NCBI GenBank assembly: GCA_965203095.1
Contig: OZ241877.1
Span: forward strand, 224,001-288,000
DNA length: 64,000 bases
Source of the DNA: Bdellovibrionales bacterium
GTDB taxonomy: Bacteria > Bdellovibrionota > Bdellovibrionia > Bdellovibrionales > UBA1609
Reading direction: 5' to 3'
The position numbers were made by a program, and so were the translations under genes. Position 1 is the stretch's first letter, and the number at the start of each line of letters is the position of its first letter. Below the pieces are notes generated by a model. It had not been told where the DNA came from. It worked only from the letters and a program-made list of their open reading frames with translations, and ran no database searches. This document shows positions 28,668 through 42,379 of this stretch, in pieces.

Positions 28668-29783
28668 TCAAGCGACAAAAGAACTATCCTCTTCAAGATC
28701 CAAATTTTGCAAGCGTTTGGAAAAAACTTTGTAAAAGGTGCTGGCCCTGTCCCTAAACCACTCAAACAAGCTCTCCCGCTCTTTCTTGTTTTGCCAGTCC
28801 GCTTTCTTGTATTGTATAATATTGCCACCTTCTCTTTCAGGCGGGCCCAGCCACTCTATCCAGCTTTCATCAAGGTATAACTCTTTCTCAATAGCCTCTT
28901 TATTCTTTTTCAACTGCGACAAAGCAGACAATCTTTTTGGTTTGACACATAACTCACAGCCAACTCTATCTTTATACAACAAAAGAGCCAGATGAAAGCC
29001 AGATTTCCCAACAGAAATGCTATAAAAGTACCCCGGTTGTGGATTTCTGCCTAAGGTGAAATTTGTTTTTTTTCCCTTCATATAGCCTAACCACTCGGAC
29101 CAAAGTTCCCACTGTAATTTTTGTGTTGGCGACAGCACTTTAGGATTCCGGACAGACTTAGCCCACTCATTGGGTTTTGCGACTAAGTGAAATTGAGGTG
29201 CAGGCAGTGAGTTTTTAATTTTCCAGACTTTGATTTCCAGGCCAAAAAAAGCTGTCTTTTCGATATTTTCATTGAGCCAGTCTAAGGCTTCTCTGTGAGC
29301 TGAGCGAATCTCCTTGGCGATCCAAACAACCGCTTTAGCCTGCCGTCCCGCCGTATAAGTCAACAATTTGCCTAAATGATCATGATCCGTCTTGCCAAGC
29401 TGATTTTCAATCACCACAAAGCAGTCCTCTTCAATATCATCGTTTATGATTCTGGCTATAATATCCACTTTAAAATTATCACCGGTAAAATGGTCACCAG
29501 CCAGTTGTTCTGTTCCTTCCAATTCCAAATCCATTCCAATGGCAGTCCCTAACTGTTGCAAATTTTCCTTTTCAGAAAGCCAAGGTGTAAAATTCCTGGC
29601 TTCATCTTTCCAATACTCCCTTAAATCCATTTCAATCAATTTCCCAAAATTCTTTTTTCCTCCGTCTTCATCTTCTCCAAACACATGGGGAGTGTGTGTC
29701 AGCTGAGCTGTTTTCGCCTTTTTGTTTTTTTTTGCCAAAGAGTTATCCTCCGTTTTTATGGCCTTGTTTTTATTTTCATTCAT
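28668..29783 (-). CDS. DUF4268-domain protein with PD-(D/E)XK-like N-terminal domain
   Basis: EARNFTPWL, VDIIA, IENQLGKTDHDHLGKLLTY. Confidence 0.85.
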   Translation of the reverse strand: MNENKNKAIKTEDNSLAKKNKKAKTAQLTHTPHVFGEDEDGGKKNFGKLIEMDLREYWKDEARNFTPWLSEKENLQQLGTAIGMDLELEGTEQLAGDHFTGDNFKVDIIARIINDDIEEDCFVVIENQLGKTDHDHLGKLLTYTAGRQAKAVVWIAKEIRSAHREALDWLNENIEKTAFFGLEIKVWKIKNSLPAPQFHLVAKPNEWAKSVRNPKVLSPTQKLQWELWSEWLGYMKGKKTNFTLGRNPQPGYFYSISVGKSGFHLALLLYKDRVGCELCVKPKRLSALSQLKKNKEAIEKELYLDESWIEWLGPPEREGGNIIQYKKADWQNKKERESLFEWFRDRASTFYKVFSKRLQNLDLEEDSSFVA

Positions 29784-29816
29784 AATAAACCTCCATTATG
29801 TTTCTACTTTTTTATC

Positions 29817-29843
29817 TATTCGGCTAAAAAACCTCTCAACTTA
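29817..29843 (-). promoter_or_regulatory. sigma28(FliA)-like promoter
   Basis: TAAG-N15-GCCGAATA upstream of the DUF4268 gene. Confidence 0.4.
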
Positions 29844-30111
29844 AATAAAATTTTGGCAGTTTTTTTATTAAAAAAGCTTAAAACCATCGGAAATAAGCTT
29901 TTTTTAAAAATCGGACAAAGGTTTTAAACACACTCAGGAGCAAGTCCAGCAGGCAAAAAGTTAGCTATTCAGGTGAATAATTTTTATTGGTGAAGGCAAA
30001 AAAATGTGTTGATTTCTTTAAAGCACATTAGGATAATGGCTTTGTCTTATGATTCTCTCTCACAAAAAGCCTAAAGTTTTTTGTGAGAACAGCTCAATAA
30101 AGGAGGTTTTT

Positions 30112-30687
30112 ATGCCTATCATTTTGCCGGAACTGCCTTATAGTAAAAAGGCTTTAAGCCCTCATATTTCTGAAGAGACTATAAACTACCACTACGGGAA
30201 ACACCACAAAGGCTATGTGGATAAGCTGAATGCTCAAATCGCTAACTCTGAGTGGGAAAAGGCCAATTTAGAAGAGATCATCAAATCTTCAAAAGGAGCA
30301 CTGTTTAACAACTCGGCTCAAGTGGCAAATCACACTTTTTATTGGAATTGCCTCTCTCCTAAAGGTGGAGGGAATCCTACAGGTTTTTTAGCTGATATTA
30401 TCGAGAAAAACTTTTCCTCTTTTGAAAAGTTTAAAGAGCAGTTCACAACCACAGCTCTGTCTCAGTTTGGTTCGGGATGGGCTTGGCTTGTAAAGGAGGA
30501 GGATAAACTCAAAATCCTTTCTACCTCCAATGCAGAAACCCCTTTGGTTGAGAAAAAGGCCTTACTCACCTGCGATGTTTGGGAGCATGCCTATTACATT
30601 GATTACCGCAATGATAGAAAAAAATATATGGAGGCATTTTGGAACTTGTTGAATTGGGATTTTGTCCTTAAAAATTTGGATTCTTAA
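30112..30687 (+). CDS. sodB: Fe superoxide dismutase
   Basis: AGGAGG SD; HYGKHH, NHTFYW, DVWEHAYY. Confidence 0.93.
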   Translation: MPIILPELPYSKKALSPHISEETINYHYGKHHKGYVDKLNAQIANSEWEKANLEEIIKSSKGALFNNSAQVANHTFYWNCLSPKGGGNPTGFLADIIEKNFSSFEKFKEQFTTTALSQFGSGWAWLVKEEDKLKILSTSNAETPLVEKKALLTCDVWEHAYYIDYRNDRKKYMEAFWNLLNWDFVLKNLDS

Positions 30688-30816
30688 GTTTTGTTAAGGC
30701 TTGAAGATAAGGCCCTTCATCGGGCAAAAAACCAGAGAAAGCCAAACAAATAGAGGGTATTTAAGCCATAACAACTGAAGATAACAAGAGGGATCCCCAT
30801 TTAAAATTTTGCCTTT

Positions 30817-32127
30817 ATGGGAAGTGAAACCAGCAATCATCTTAAAACCATGGATCCTACTTTAAAGCCAAAAATTTTGAAAAGGGTCCGGGGCTTTCCC
30901 GATCAGCTCCCGGAAGAGAGTGCACAAAAAGAGGCTCTTTTATCCACAATCATTCAAGTTTTAAAAAACTTTGACTTTCAAAAAGTTCATCCCCCTATTT
31001 TAGAGCTAAGTGATCTTTTTACTCGCTCCTTGGGGGAAAACTCTGACATTGTCCATAAAGAAATGTATTCCCTTCAAAAAGGGGAGGAGTCTCTAACACT
31101 GAGACCAGAGGGGACAGTCTCTATTGCACGAATGTTTATCACTCATAAAATGCGAGACAGCCTTCCTCTCAGATGGTATTATCATGGCCCCATGTTCCGG
31201 CACGAAAGGCCACAAAAGGGGCGTTTTCGCCAATTTCACCAAGTGGGTGTAGAGTTCCTTGGCGATCCCTCTATTCAAGCTGATGCGGAGATTTTATCCC
31301 TCAGTTGGGTCTTGGTTCAAAAATTGGCATTAAAAGGGAAAACTTTTTTAGAAATCAACAGCTTAGGCTCTTTAAAAGAAAGGGAGCAATACAAAAAACA
31401 ACTTAAGGCTTTTCTCTCTCCTTTTCAAAAACAACTCAGCCCGGAAAGCCAAACCCGTTTAAAACAAAATCCTCTTCGCATATTGGATTCTAAAGATCCG
31501 GCAGACCAAAATCTTATAAAAAAAGCTCCTCTTTTAAGAGACAGCTTGGGTCCGGCCAGCCGAGAAAAATATGAGAATATAAAAAAACTTTTAGCTGAAT
31601 TAAACATTCCCTTTAAGGAAAATACTGGCTTGGTCCGAGGTTTAGATTATTACAATGATTTGGTTTTTGAATGGACCAGCCCTGAACTGGGGGCACAGTC
31701 CACTTTTTTGGCCGGAGGACGATATGATAGCCTCATAGAGAGCTTAGCTGGCCCCCCCACCCCTGCCTTAGGATGGGCCTTAGGATTAGAGAGACTACAG
31801 ATTTTATCCCGCTCTTTCCCCGTAGAGCCTATGCAAATAGGATTGCTCTCTTCCGGAGAGAAAGCCGAGAAAAAAGCTTTTCAGATAGCTTACAAGTTGA
31901 GAGCAGAGGGCTGGTCGGTTCATTTTCGTTTTTCAGGTAATTTTTCAAAACAGATGAAAAGGATGAGCAAAAAATGCCTTTTCGCCCTGATCTATGGGGA
32001 AAGGGAGCATAACAAAGAGGAAATTATTTTAAAAGATCTCCTAAAAAAGCAACAAATAAGCTTTCCGCTCAGCCAATTAAAAGAGGAACTGCAAAAAAAG
32101 ATCCTTAAACAGCCAGAACTAAAATAG
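30817..32127 (+). CDS. hisS: Histidyl-tRNA synthetase
   Basis: LRPEGT, FRHERPQKGRFRQF, LVRGLDYY, GGRYD. Confidence 0.97.
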   Translation: MGSETSNHLKTMDPTLKPKILKRVRGFPDQLPEESAQKEALLSTIIQVLKNFDFQKVHPPILELSDLFTRSLGENSDIVHKEMYSLQKGEESLTLRPEGTVSIARMFITHKMRDSLPLRWYYHGPMFRHERPQKGRFRQFHQVGVEFLGDPSIQADAEILSLSWVLVQKLALKGKTFLEINSLGSLKEREQYKKQLKAFLSPFQKQLSPESQTRLKQNPLRILDSKDPADQNLIKKAPLLRDSLGPASREKYENIKKLLAELNIPFKENTGLVRGLDYYNDLVFEWTSPELGAQSTFLAGGRYDSLIESLAGPPTPALGWALGLERLQILSRSFPVEPMQIGLLSSGEKAEKKAFQIAYKLRAEGWSVHFRFSGNFSKQMKRMSKKCLFALIYGEREHNKEEIILKDLLKKQQISFPLSQLKEELQKKILKQPELK

Positions 32128-32320
32128 CCGTCCGTGAAAAACCTCTATAATTTACAAGGGACTCTTCAGTTTCTTTGCCTAAAGGTCTGTCCCATTTTGG
32201 GACGGCAATACCTTGGACCCTCATGGGACAGCCTTTAGGCAAAAGTCATTGAAAAGCCTGACCCTATAAAAGTAGGTAGGGAATGAGAGGGACCGACTGA
32301 GACTTTTTCACAGGCGACTA
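32125..32320. mobile_element. MITE-like family A element (196 bp)
   Basis: TAGCCGTCCGTGAAAAA...TTTTTCACAGGCGACTA; left end coincides with the hisS TAG stop. Confidence 0.7.
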
Positions 32321-32340
32321 AAATAAAACAATAAAAAATG

Positions 32341-32369
32341 TTGACAGCCCTTTTTTTGTTCAGTAAATT
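32341..32369 (+). promoter_or_regulatory. Promoter of the 23S-5S unit
   Basis: TTGACA-17-TAAATT. Confidence 0.65.
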
Positions 32370-32569
32370 TCCCCTTCGGCTAATGGAAAGCGGTTTTTAA
32401 AAGGCTGTTTTCACAAAAAGCCAAGTGGGAAACCACAAGCGAAAAATCAATTGGGAAAGGGATTTGTCAAATAAATGGCAAAAAACTTTCTTAAAGAGAG
32501 ATGGGGTCTTATAGATTCCCTGTCCCTCAAGCTGAAAACCTATCCCTATATAAGGAACGGTTCCAGCTT

Positions 32570-32582
32570 TGCTCTTTGACAA
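32570..32582 (+). promoter_or_regulatory. boxA-like antitermination site
   Basis: TGCTCTTTGACAA. Confidence 0.65.
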
Positions 32583-32769
32583 CTGAATATTTTTTCTTGT
32601 GATAGATGCATTGGTCTGTAATGCAGACCTTTTGCAAATTCTATCAGCAAATTAAATGATTTTGAGTTTTTAATCGATTCAAATCATTCTTGGCATTTTT
32701 ACCTCAAGAGGCTTTGGCCCCTTAAAAGGCTAACCTTTTGAGTGTGAAATTTCATTATATTTAAGAGTT

Positions 32770-35752
<2,983 letters not shown>

Positions 35753-35811
35753 TTCTCTTAGAACCAGGAATGATTTGAATAGATTAAATTTTTTAGTAGA
35801 TTTAAAAGCTT

Positions 35812-35926
35812 GTTGGTGTCAATACCTGTGGGGTTATACCTGTTCCCGTCCCGAACACAGAAGTTAAGTCCACAAAGGGCGATGGTACTGTAGGTTTGTC
35901 CTATGGGAGAGTAGCAAGATGCCAAC
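35812..35926 (+). rRNA. rrf: 5S rRNA
   Basis: CCGAACACAGAAGTTAAG, GATGGTACT, GGGAGAGTAG; terminal stem. Confidence 0.96.
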
Positions 35927-35937
35927 TTCTATTTTTT

Positions 35938-35969
35938 AAAGCCGGTGAAATTCACCGGCTTTTTTATTT
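35938..35969 (+). terminator. rRNA terminator
   Basis: AGCCGGTGAA/TTCACCGGCT hairpin plus T tract. Confidence 0.85.
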
Positions 35970-36210
35970 TTGTTCAAAAGTGGAAAATGCCCCACTTTTT
36001 CAAAATATTTAAGATTTTGACTACCGGTGAATAAGAAATTTTTTCACATTTGATTTGCTAAAAGACTCTTGACATAAAGAGCTGAAAGCACAAAAAATAT
36101 TCTCCTTTTTAAGCCTAACTGGAGTCCTCTCTTTAGGGGTTTGAAAACAAAAAAATAAGAACCTCACTTTAACATTGGCCCTCATACCACTCCAGCTGAG
36201 GCCAAAAGTC

Positions 36211-37479
36211 TTATGAGGAGCAAAGCTCTTCTATCTCATCCGCAGATTTAACCAATGCTTTTGTGAGATTTTTTTGCCCCTTTATCCCAATCAAAATATC
36301 GTCTTCTATCCTCAAGCCCAAACCTCTTAAATCCTCTTTTGCTTTTTTGTCGCTTTTAGAAATATAGATCCCCGGCTCAATGGTTAGAGTCATACCCGGC
36401 TGTAAAACATCTTCATCACCTTTTTTAAAAGGAGGATCATGCACATCTAAACCCAAAAGATGACCCACACCATGGGGGCAGTATTTTTTATAGGCTTGGC
36501 TTTTTAAATTTTTCCTAAAAGAACCTTTTAAAAAGCCCCATCTGAGTAAAATATCAGTAAGCCCCTCTGCCATTTTTTGATGGATAAACCTTAAAGAAAG
36601 CCCTGGCTGAGCTGTCTTAATAAGTTTTTTTTGCAGGTTTAAAAGCTCGTTATAAAGAGCTTTTTGACTTTTAGAAAAACGCCCACTCACAGGATAAACT
36701 CTGGAAATGTCTGAGCTGTAATAATCCTTCTCCGCCCCGGCATCCACAAGTAAAAGCTCCCCCTTTTTGCAAATAGAGCGATTTTGTGTATAGTGTAGAA
36801 TGGTGCCATTAGCCCCAGAGGCAAAAATGCCTCCATAAGCCTCCCTTTGAGCTCCTTTTTCCATAATGGATTTTATAAAAATCCCATGCAACTCCCGCTC
36901 ACTTATATTGGGCTTTAAGGCTTTAGCTACCTGTTGATGAGCATAAACACTAATAGAAATGGCTTTTTCGATAAGAGCTATCTCCACCCTGTCCTTTGTC
37001 CTTCTCAAAGGCTTGAGCTTTTCATCAGCAGATTCTAAAGGAATTTTTAAAGCTTTTAACTTTTTGCTCCAAACGGGATGAGTGGGGCTGTAGTTAGATC
37101 CGTTCCCACCCATATCATAGAAAAGTTTGGACTTCCCTTTAAGCAGAAACTTTAAACGTACATCCAATTGAGAAAGAGGATAAACCTGATCAATTAAAAA
37201 ATTTTTTTTGATTTCTGTAATAGAATATAAAGGCCCTTCCCAAAGCTCTTTCACTGGGTTTTTATCCTCAGTAAACAAAACTGATTTTCCAGAGGGGAAA
37301 AGCAGGAATAAAGAGAGGGCTTGCTCAAAACCGGTGAGATAATAAAAATTGCTATCCTGCCGGTAAGGGTATTTTATATCCACCTGCCGGAAATATTCTG
37401 GAAGGCTTGCCAAAATCAAGACACTGTTTTTTGATAAGCTGTGGGCCACTTGTTTTCTTTTGTTTTTAAACCATTTCAT
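36211..37479 (-). CDS. pepP: Xaa-Pro aminopeptidase
   Basis: YRQDSNFYYLTG, DAGAE..Y.SDISR, HGVGHLLGLDVHD, TIEPGIY, RIEDD. Confidence 0.95.
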   Translation of the reverse strand: MKWFKNKRKQVAHSLSKNSVLILASLPEYFRQVDIKYPYRQDSNFYYLTGFEQALSLFLLFPSGKSVLFTEDKNPVKELWEGPLYSITEIKKNFLIDQVYPLSQLDVRLKFLLKGKSKLFYDMGGNGSNYSPTHPVWSKKLKALKIPLESADEKLKPLRRTKDRVEIALIEKAISISVYAHQQVAKALKPNISERELHGIFIKSIMEKGAQREAYGGIFASGANGTILHYTQNRSICKKGELLLVDAGAEKDYYSSDISRVYPVSGRFSKSQKALYNELLNLQKKLIKTAQPGLSLRFIHQKMAEGLTDILLRWGFLKGSFRKNLKSQAYKKYCPHGVGHLLGLDVHDPPFKKGDEDVLQPGMTLTIEPGIYISKSDKKAKEDLRGLGLRIEDDILIGIKGQKNLTKALVKSADEIEELCSS

Positions 37480-37685
37480 AATATTTCTTTTATAATTCCT
37501 TAGTAAGGATTTTTCAAGTCTCTTTGCCTACAACAAGCTTTTAAGGGGATATTTTAAGGGAAAATTAAGTTTTAAAAAGTCTTTTGTAAATTTTTCACAC
37601 AAAAGCTCAAAAGCTTGCCGGTAAAGGCAAAAAAGAACCCTAAACTGTGGCCACCGGGCAAAGTCAAATAAAGGGAATAAATAGA

Positions 37686-38087
37686 CTATTTTTTAGAGCT
37701 TTGAGACTTGATTTTCTCAAGAATAGTTAAAATTTTAGCCTGTCCCTCTTCAAGCTTATCCATTCTCTTTTCAAGCTTAACCTGTCCCTCTTCAAGCTTA
37801 GCCTGTCCCTCTTCAAGCTTAGCCTGTCCCTCTTTAAGCTCTTTTAACTCATTATCAAAGCCGTCCATTCTTATTTCAATCTTAGCTATATCTTTTTTCA
37901 ATGGGTCTATTTTTGCATCTAAAAGAAAATAAACCAAGCCAAACAGAACAGCTAAAACCAAAACGGGAAAGCTCAAAACAGAGACTACTGGGGAAAAACC
38001 TCTTATTTTATCCATACTCATTCCTTTAGCCTTACTATCATCCCTTTTTATTTGTGCCGGTGCGGCCGGGTTCAATGTTTCAGACAT
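37686..38087 (-). CDS. Membrane-anchored heptad-repeat coiled-coil protein (paralog of 1709-2050)
   Basis: AAGGAG SD, TM, KIDPLKKDIAKIE, (GQAKLEE)n. Confidence 0.85.
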   Translation of the reverse strand: MSETLNPAAPAQIKRDDSKAKGMSMDKIRGFSPVVSVLSFPVLVLAVLFGLVYFLLDAKIDPLKKDIAKIEIRMDGFDNELKELKEGQAKLEEGQAKLEEGQVKLEKRMDKLEEGQAKILTILEKIKSQSSKK

Positions 38088-38249
38088 ATTAGCTCCTTTT
38101 GGTTTAATTTATATCCTTATCCATTATCGGCTCATTGTCCGGGAATGTCAAGATATTTTTTTAAAGCACTCTAAAACCCGCATGGATAGAGGCTTATTTG
38201 CCCACTGTGAGGGCTCTGGAATAGATAGAGAGTAGAGGGAAAAATAGAG
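38085..38249 (-). repeat. Conserved upstream block shared with 1551-1711, includes promoter and SD
   Basis: CTCTATTTTT...CAAATAAGC...GGGTTTTAGAG...TTGACATTCCCGGACAATG...GATAATGGATA. Confidence 0.85.
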
Positions 38250-38527
38250 CTTTTCATAGACATGACAGGCTTTTGCAGAAGCCCATTTTTTAAAATCAGA
38301 AGTGCAAAAAAAACTTGACTTCAAAAAAAAAATTATAAAAGCTATCTCTTGTTATTCTTAAAGGATTTTTAGGTGCATTCCCTCAAATGGAGGCTATAAA
38401 AAGCTCAAAACTTTATTCATACTCTACAAGGAAACAAATGCCAACAATTAACGATTTAGAATTGTCTAAAGGACATAACATGAGCACAGGCCGAGATTCC
38501 ACTTTTTATAGAACTGAGGCGAACTTT

Positions 38528-39286
38528 ATGATCTGCAAAATGAAATTAATTGGAATTGGCATTTTATGTTTTTTTTATCCTTTAGCAGAGGCAGAAAAGC
38601 TTAAAAAATCCCGATCCATTATGCAACAAACTCATCAAGAAGCTCGTGATTCCCAAAAAAAAATCAATCGCTTAGACGATGAATCCCATCAACTTTTGAC
38701 CCAGTATCGAACGACTTTAAGCAAGACAGAAAATCTCCGTATTTACAACCAACAGCTTTCTTCCTATATTAAAGGCCAAAAACAAGAAATAATAAATATA
38801 AGAAAAAAGATCGAGGAAGTTAAAGATACAGGTAAAGAGATTGAGCCTCTCATGCTGAGGATGCTGGATTCCCTCAAACATTATGTGGATTTAGATGTCC
38901 CTTTTCTTTTAGCAGAGAGAAAAGCCCAAGTTCAAAAATTAAGAGAGATTTTAAACCGATCTGATGTCTCAGTGAGTGAAAAATACCGTCAACTCATCTC
39001 TGCTTATAAAACAGAAAGGGATTATGGCCGGACCCTCCAAAGCTGGAGGGCCTTAAGGGATATTGATGGTAAAGAGTTGACAGTGGAATATCTTCGCCTG
39101 GGGCGTTTGGCCTTTATTTATAAAAGTTTGGACGGGAAACATTTGGCCATCTATGACGGAAGCACTCGCGAGTGGAAAGACCTGCCAAAATCCTATAAAA
39201 AAGATATTGCTAAAGCGATAAAAATTTCTGTTAAACAACTTCCGCCCAACTTAGTTAAATTGCCTATCCCCTCTACAGGGCGATAG
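38528..39286 (+). CDS. DUF3450-family protein (TtpB-like)
   Basis: LDVPFL..ER, SEKYRQL..AY..E..YG, LRLGRLA; start approximate. Confidence 0.85.
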   Translation: MICKMKLIGIGILCFFYPLAEAEKLKKSRSIMQQTHQEARDSQKKINRLDDESHQLLTQYRTTLSKTENLRIYNQQLSSYIKGQKQEIINIRKKIEEVKDTGKEIEPLMLRMLDSLKHYVDLDVPFLLAERKAQVQKLREILNRSDVSVSEKYRQLISAYKTERDYGRTLQSWRALRDIDGKELTVEYLRLGRLAFIYKSLDGKHLAIYDGSTREWKDLPKSYKKDIAKAIKISVKQLPPNLVKLPIPSTGR

Positions 39287-39304
39287 CTTATTGTTTTAAT
39301 AAAA

Positions 39305-40741
39305 ATGCTTTTGTTGTATCCGTTTTTTTTGATTTTTGCTTTTTTCCCCTTGAAAGGGCAGGCAGAGCTGGATTCCCAGAGGGAAACAATAAATTCAGCC
39401 CCTATATTTCTTATAGCTAAAAACTCCCCTACTTTAAAGACTCATCCACAACCCACCTCTAAGGAAAAGACTAAAATAAAAACTTTGGATGAGCTTTTAA
39501 AAAAGATTCAGCAAGAGAGCTTGGGCCAAAGGCCAAAGTTAAGGGAAAGAGAGGCTCGTTTTTTAAAAGAGAGAAACCGCCAAAAAGCCCTGCTCAATCA
39601 AGCTGTGCTGGATTTAAAAAAAGAAGAGAAAATTTTAAGCCGTTTACAAAAAACTTTTGCTGAGCAGGATCAGGAGTTGAGCCGTCTGGAAGAGAAGTTG
39701 GCTCTCACTATGGGGGCCTTAGGAGAGCTTTTTGGTGTGGTCAAACAAACTGCTGGTGAGACAAAAGCTCTTTTTGAAAACTCTGTCATTTCAGCAGAAT
39801 ATAAAAATCGAACAGATTTTATTCAAAAAATCAGTGGGGAAAAGAATTTGCCCAACTTATCGGATTTGGAGACACTGTGGTTTTTAATACAGCAAGAGAT
39901 GACCGAATCCGGAAAAGTGACTCGCTTTCAAGAAGATGTGATCAAGGCTAATGGAGAAACAAAAAAACAAATGGTTGTGCGAATAGGGAGCTTCAATTTA
40001 ATATCTGAAGGAAAGTATCTCCACTTCGACAGCAAAACAAAACGGGTGATGGAGCTTGGCCGACAGCCCCCCCGGCGGTTTTTATCTTTAGCCAAAAAAT
40101 GGGGCAACACTAAAAAAAACTTTCAAGCTTTTGGGGTGGATCCCTCCAGAGGGAGTTTGCTCTCCCTTTTAGTTCAAAGCCCCACTTTGGCAGAAAGGAT
40201 CTCACAAGGGGGCCTGATTGGTTATGTCATTTTGTTTTTATTTTTTACTGGGCTATCTTTGTCTCTAAAAAAATATTTATGGCTAAAAAATCAAGAAGAT
40301 CTCCTGCACAAGCAAATGCAATCCAATCCTGTTTTGGAAAACAACCCCTTAGGAGAGATCATTCAAGTATTTTTAAAATTTAAAAATGAAAGTATAGAGG
40401 CTTTAGAATTAAAAATGGAGGAAGCCATTGTAAAGCAAACATCCCATTTTAAAAAGGGCCTTAGTGCCATTAAACTTCTATTTAGCACAGCCCCTTTGCT
40501 GGGCCTTTTAGGCACTGTAACAGGGATGATTGCCACCTTTCAAAGTATTACTCTATTCGGGACAGGAGATCCCAAACTTATGGCCGGTGGCATATCTCAA
40601 GCTTTAGTGACTACGGCCTTGGGCTTGGTGACAGCCATCCCCTTGCTTTTTATTCATAATTTTTTATCTCAAAAAGCCACAACTTTAATAAGTATTTTTG
40701 AAGAGCAGGTGCTGGGCCTTCTCTCACGAAAATACAAATGA
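39305..40741 (+). CDS. Large MotA/TolQ/ExbB protein (TtpC-like)
   Basis: LGELFGVVKQ, RIGSFNL, DPSRG, PLLGLLGTVTGMI, DPKLMAGGIS. Confidence 0.9.
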   Translation: MLLLYPFFLIFAFFPLKGQAELDSQRETINSAPIFLIAKNSPTLKTHPQPTSKEKTKIKTLDELLKKIQQESLGQRPKLREREARFLKERNRQKALLNQAVLDLKKEEKILSRLQKTFAEQDQELSRLEEKLALTMGALGELFGVVKQTAGETKALFENSVISAEYKNRTDFIQKISGEKNLPNLSDLETLWFLIQQEMTESGKVTRFQEDVIKANGETKKQMVVRIGSFNLISEGKYLHFDSKTKRVMELGRQPPRRFLSLAKKWGNTKKNFQAFGVDPSRGSLLSLLVQSPTLAERISQGGLIGYVILFLFFTGLSLSLKKYLWLKNQEDLLHKQMQSNPVLENNPLGEIIQVFLKFKNESIEALELKMEEAIVKQTSHFKKGLSAIKLLFSTAPLLGLLGTVTGMIATFQSITLFGTGDPKLMAGGISQALVTTALGLVTAIPLLFIHNFLSQKATTLISIFEEQVLGLLSRKYK

Positions 40742-40751
40742 GGCCAACATA

Positions 40752-41255
40752 ATGTTAGAGGAAGTAAGCGTTTTTTTATCCGCTGGCGGGAAAGTCCTTT
40801 GGGTGATTTTTTTTGTTTCGCTAATACTTTGGTTTTTTATTTTTGAAAGGTTGGACTATTTTTACAGAATTTACCCTCGTGAAAAAGAACAAGCCCGATC
40901 CCTCTGGCTAAAAAGGGAAGATCGCTCCAGTTGGTTCGCCTTAAAAATAAGAGAGGAGGAGATCTCTGAATTGGCAGGTAAAATGTCCCGTTTTGTCCCT
41001 CAAATCAAAACTTTGGTTTTAATTTCTCCTCTTTTGGGTTTGACGGGAACAGTAACAGGCATGATCTCCATTTTTGACATTATATCCCTTTCGGGAACAG
41101 GCAACCCTCGCTTAATGGCGAGCGGGATCTCTTTAGCAGTGATACCCACTATGGCGGGCTTAGTGACAGCACTTTCCGGTCTGGCCTTTGGGAATTTTTT
41201 TGAAAAAAAATGTCTTACAGAAAAACAAGCTCTATCAGAATATTTAACAATTTAA
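40752..41255 (+). CDS. exbB: ExbB proton channel protein
   Basis: PLLGLTGTVTGMI, MASGIS; start set at ATG 40752. Confidence 0.88.
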   Translation: MLEEVSVFLSAGGKVLWVIFFVSLILWFFIFERLDYFYRIYPREKEQARSLWLKREDRSSWFALKIREEEISELAGKMSRFVPQIKTLVLISPLLGLTGTVTGMISIFDIISLSGTGNPRLMASGISLAVIPTMAGLVTALSGLAFGNFFEKKCLTEKQALSEYLTI

Positions 41256-41258
41256 ACC

Positions 41259-41678
41259 ATGAAAAAAAGACGAACTATTGTATCAAACCAAGAAGAAAGC
41301 CAAATTGAACTGACTCCTATGTTGGATGTGGTTTTTATCATGTTGATTTTTTTTATCGTCACAACTTCTTTTGTTAAAGAATCGGGAATAGAGGTGAGTC
41401 GGCCCAATGCCCTCACTGCGGAAAAGCAAGAACGGGCCAGTATTTTTATCGCCATAAAAGAAGATGGTTCTATATGGTTAAAAAAGAGAAAAATCGATAT
41501 AGATGCTGTTCGAGCCAATATGGAAAAACTGCATGCAGAAAGTCCGGAAGGGGCTGTTGTTATTCAAGCGGATAAAAAATCAGAAACAGGAGTTTTAGTC
41601 AGAGTAATGGATCAGATCCGGTTAGCAGGGGTTAAAAACATATCTGTCGCGGCAGGGGGCCAAAGTAATAAAAATTAA
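41259..41678 (+). CDS. exbD: ExbD
   Basis: LTPMLDVVFIMLIFFIVTTSF, IQAD. Confidence 0.95.
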   Translation: MKKRRTIVSNQEESQIELTPMLDVVFIMLIFFIVTTSFVKESGIEVSRPNALTAEKQERASIFIAIKEDGSIWLKKRKIDIDAVRANMEKLHAESPEGAVVIQADKKSETGVLVRVMDQIRLAGVKNISVAAGGQSNKN

Positions 41679-41691
41679 TGGCTTTTTTAAA

Positions 41692-42348
41692 GTGACAAAA
41701 AGTGAGATATTTTTAAAAAAAATTTTTAATCAAAAAAAACAAGTCTTTTTTTTGTTTCTTTCACTTTTAATCAGTCTATGGCTTTTTTATTTTATGTCTG
41801 TTTTGATATCTAAAGGGAATCTTTTATCTGCTGATAATTCAAACCCCAACATTGAATTTTTATTTCAAGCGGACTTAAAAGAATTAGAACTCAGATCCCG
41901 AAGGCTTCCCAAAAAACCAGAGGCGGAAAACCCCCCACCCACAGCCCCTAAACTCAAAATTATGCCAACAGAGCTGAAAAAACCAAAACTCAGCCCCGAT
42001 CGCCCCCAGTTAGAAACAGTGGATGACTTTTCTTCAGACTTAGAAGGCCATACCCCCGGATCCCCATCTCAAGATAGTGCTGGTTCTCCTGTTTTTCGTA
42101 TTCAGCCCATCTATCCTCGCCGAGCGGCATTACAAAATATAGAGGGCTTTGTTATTTTGAAATTTGATATTACGGAAACAGGTCAAACAGATAACATTTC
42201 TGTTTTGCAAGCCAGCCCTCCTCAAATTTTTAATTCCAGTGCTATTCAAGCCTTAAGGAAATGGAAATATCGCCCCAAAATAGAACAGGGCCAAGCTATA
42301 AGACAAAATAATATAAAAGTCCAGTTAGATTTTCGGTTAAGAGATTAA
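41692..42348 (+). CDS. tonB: Energy transducer TonB
   Basis: N-terminal TM, Pro-rich linker, PIYPRRA...EGFV...WKYRP. Confidence 0.92.
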   Translation: MTKSEIFLKKIFNQKKQVFFLFLSLLISLWLFYFMSVLISKGNLLSADNSNPNIEFLFQADLKELELRSRRLPKKPEAENPPPTAPKLKIMPTELKKPKLSPDRPQLETVDDFSSDLEGHTPGSPSQDSAGSPVFRIQPIYPRRAALQNIEGFVILKFDITETGQTDNISVLQASPPQIFNSSAIQALRKWKYRPKIEQGQAIRQNNIKVQLDFRLRD

Positions 42349-42379
42349 ATGTTAATGAACGGGCAGAGGATTTTTTGAA

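Noticed and set aside
28626..29783. Integrative element at tRNA-Val
   Set aside because: No integrase and no duplicated tRNA 3' end found
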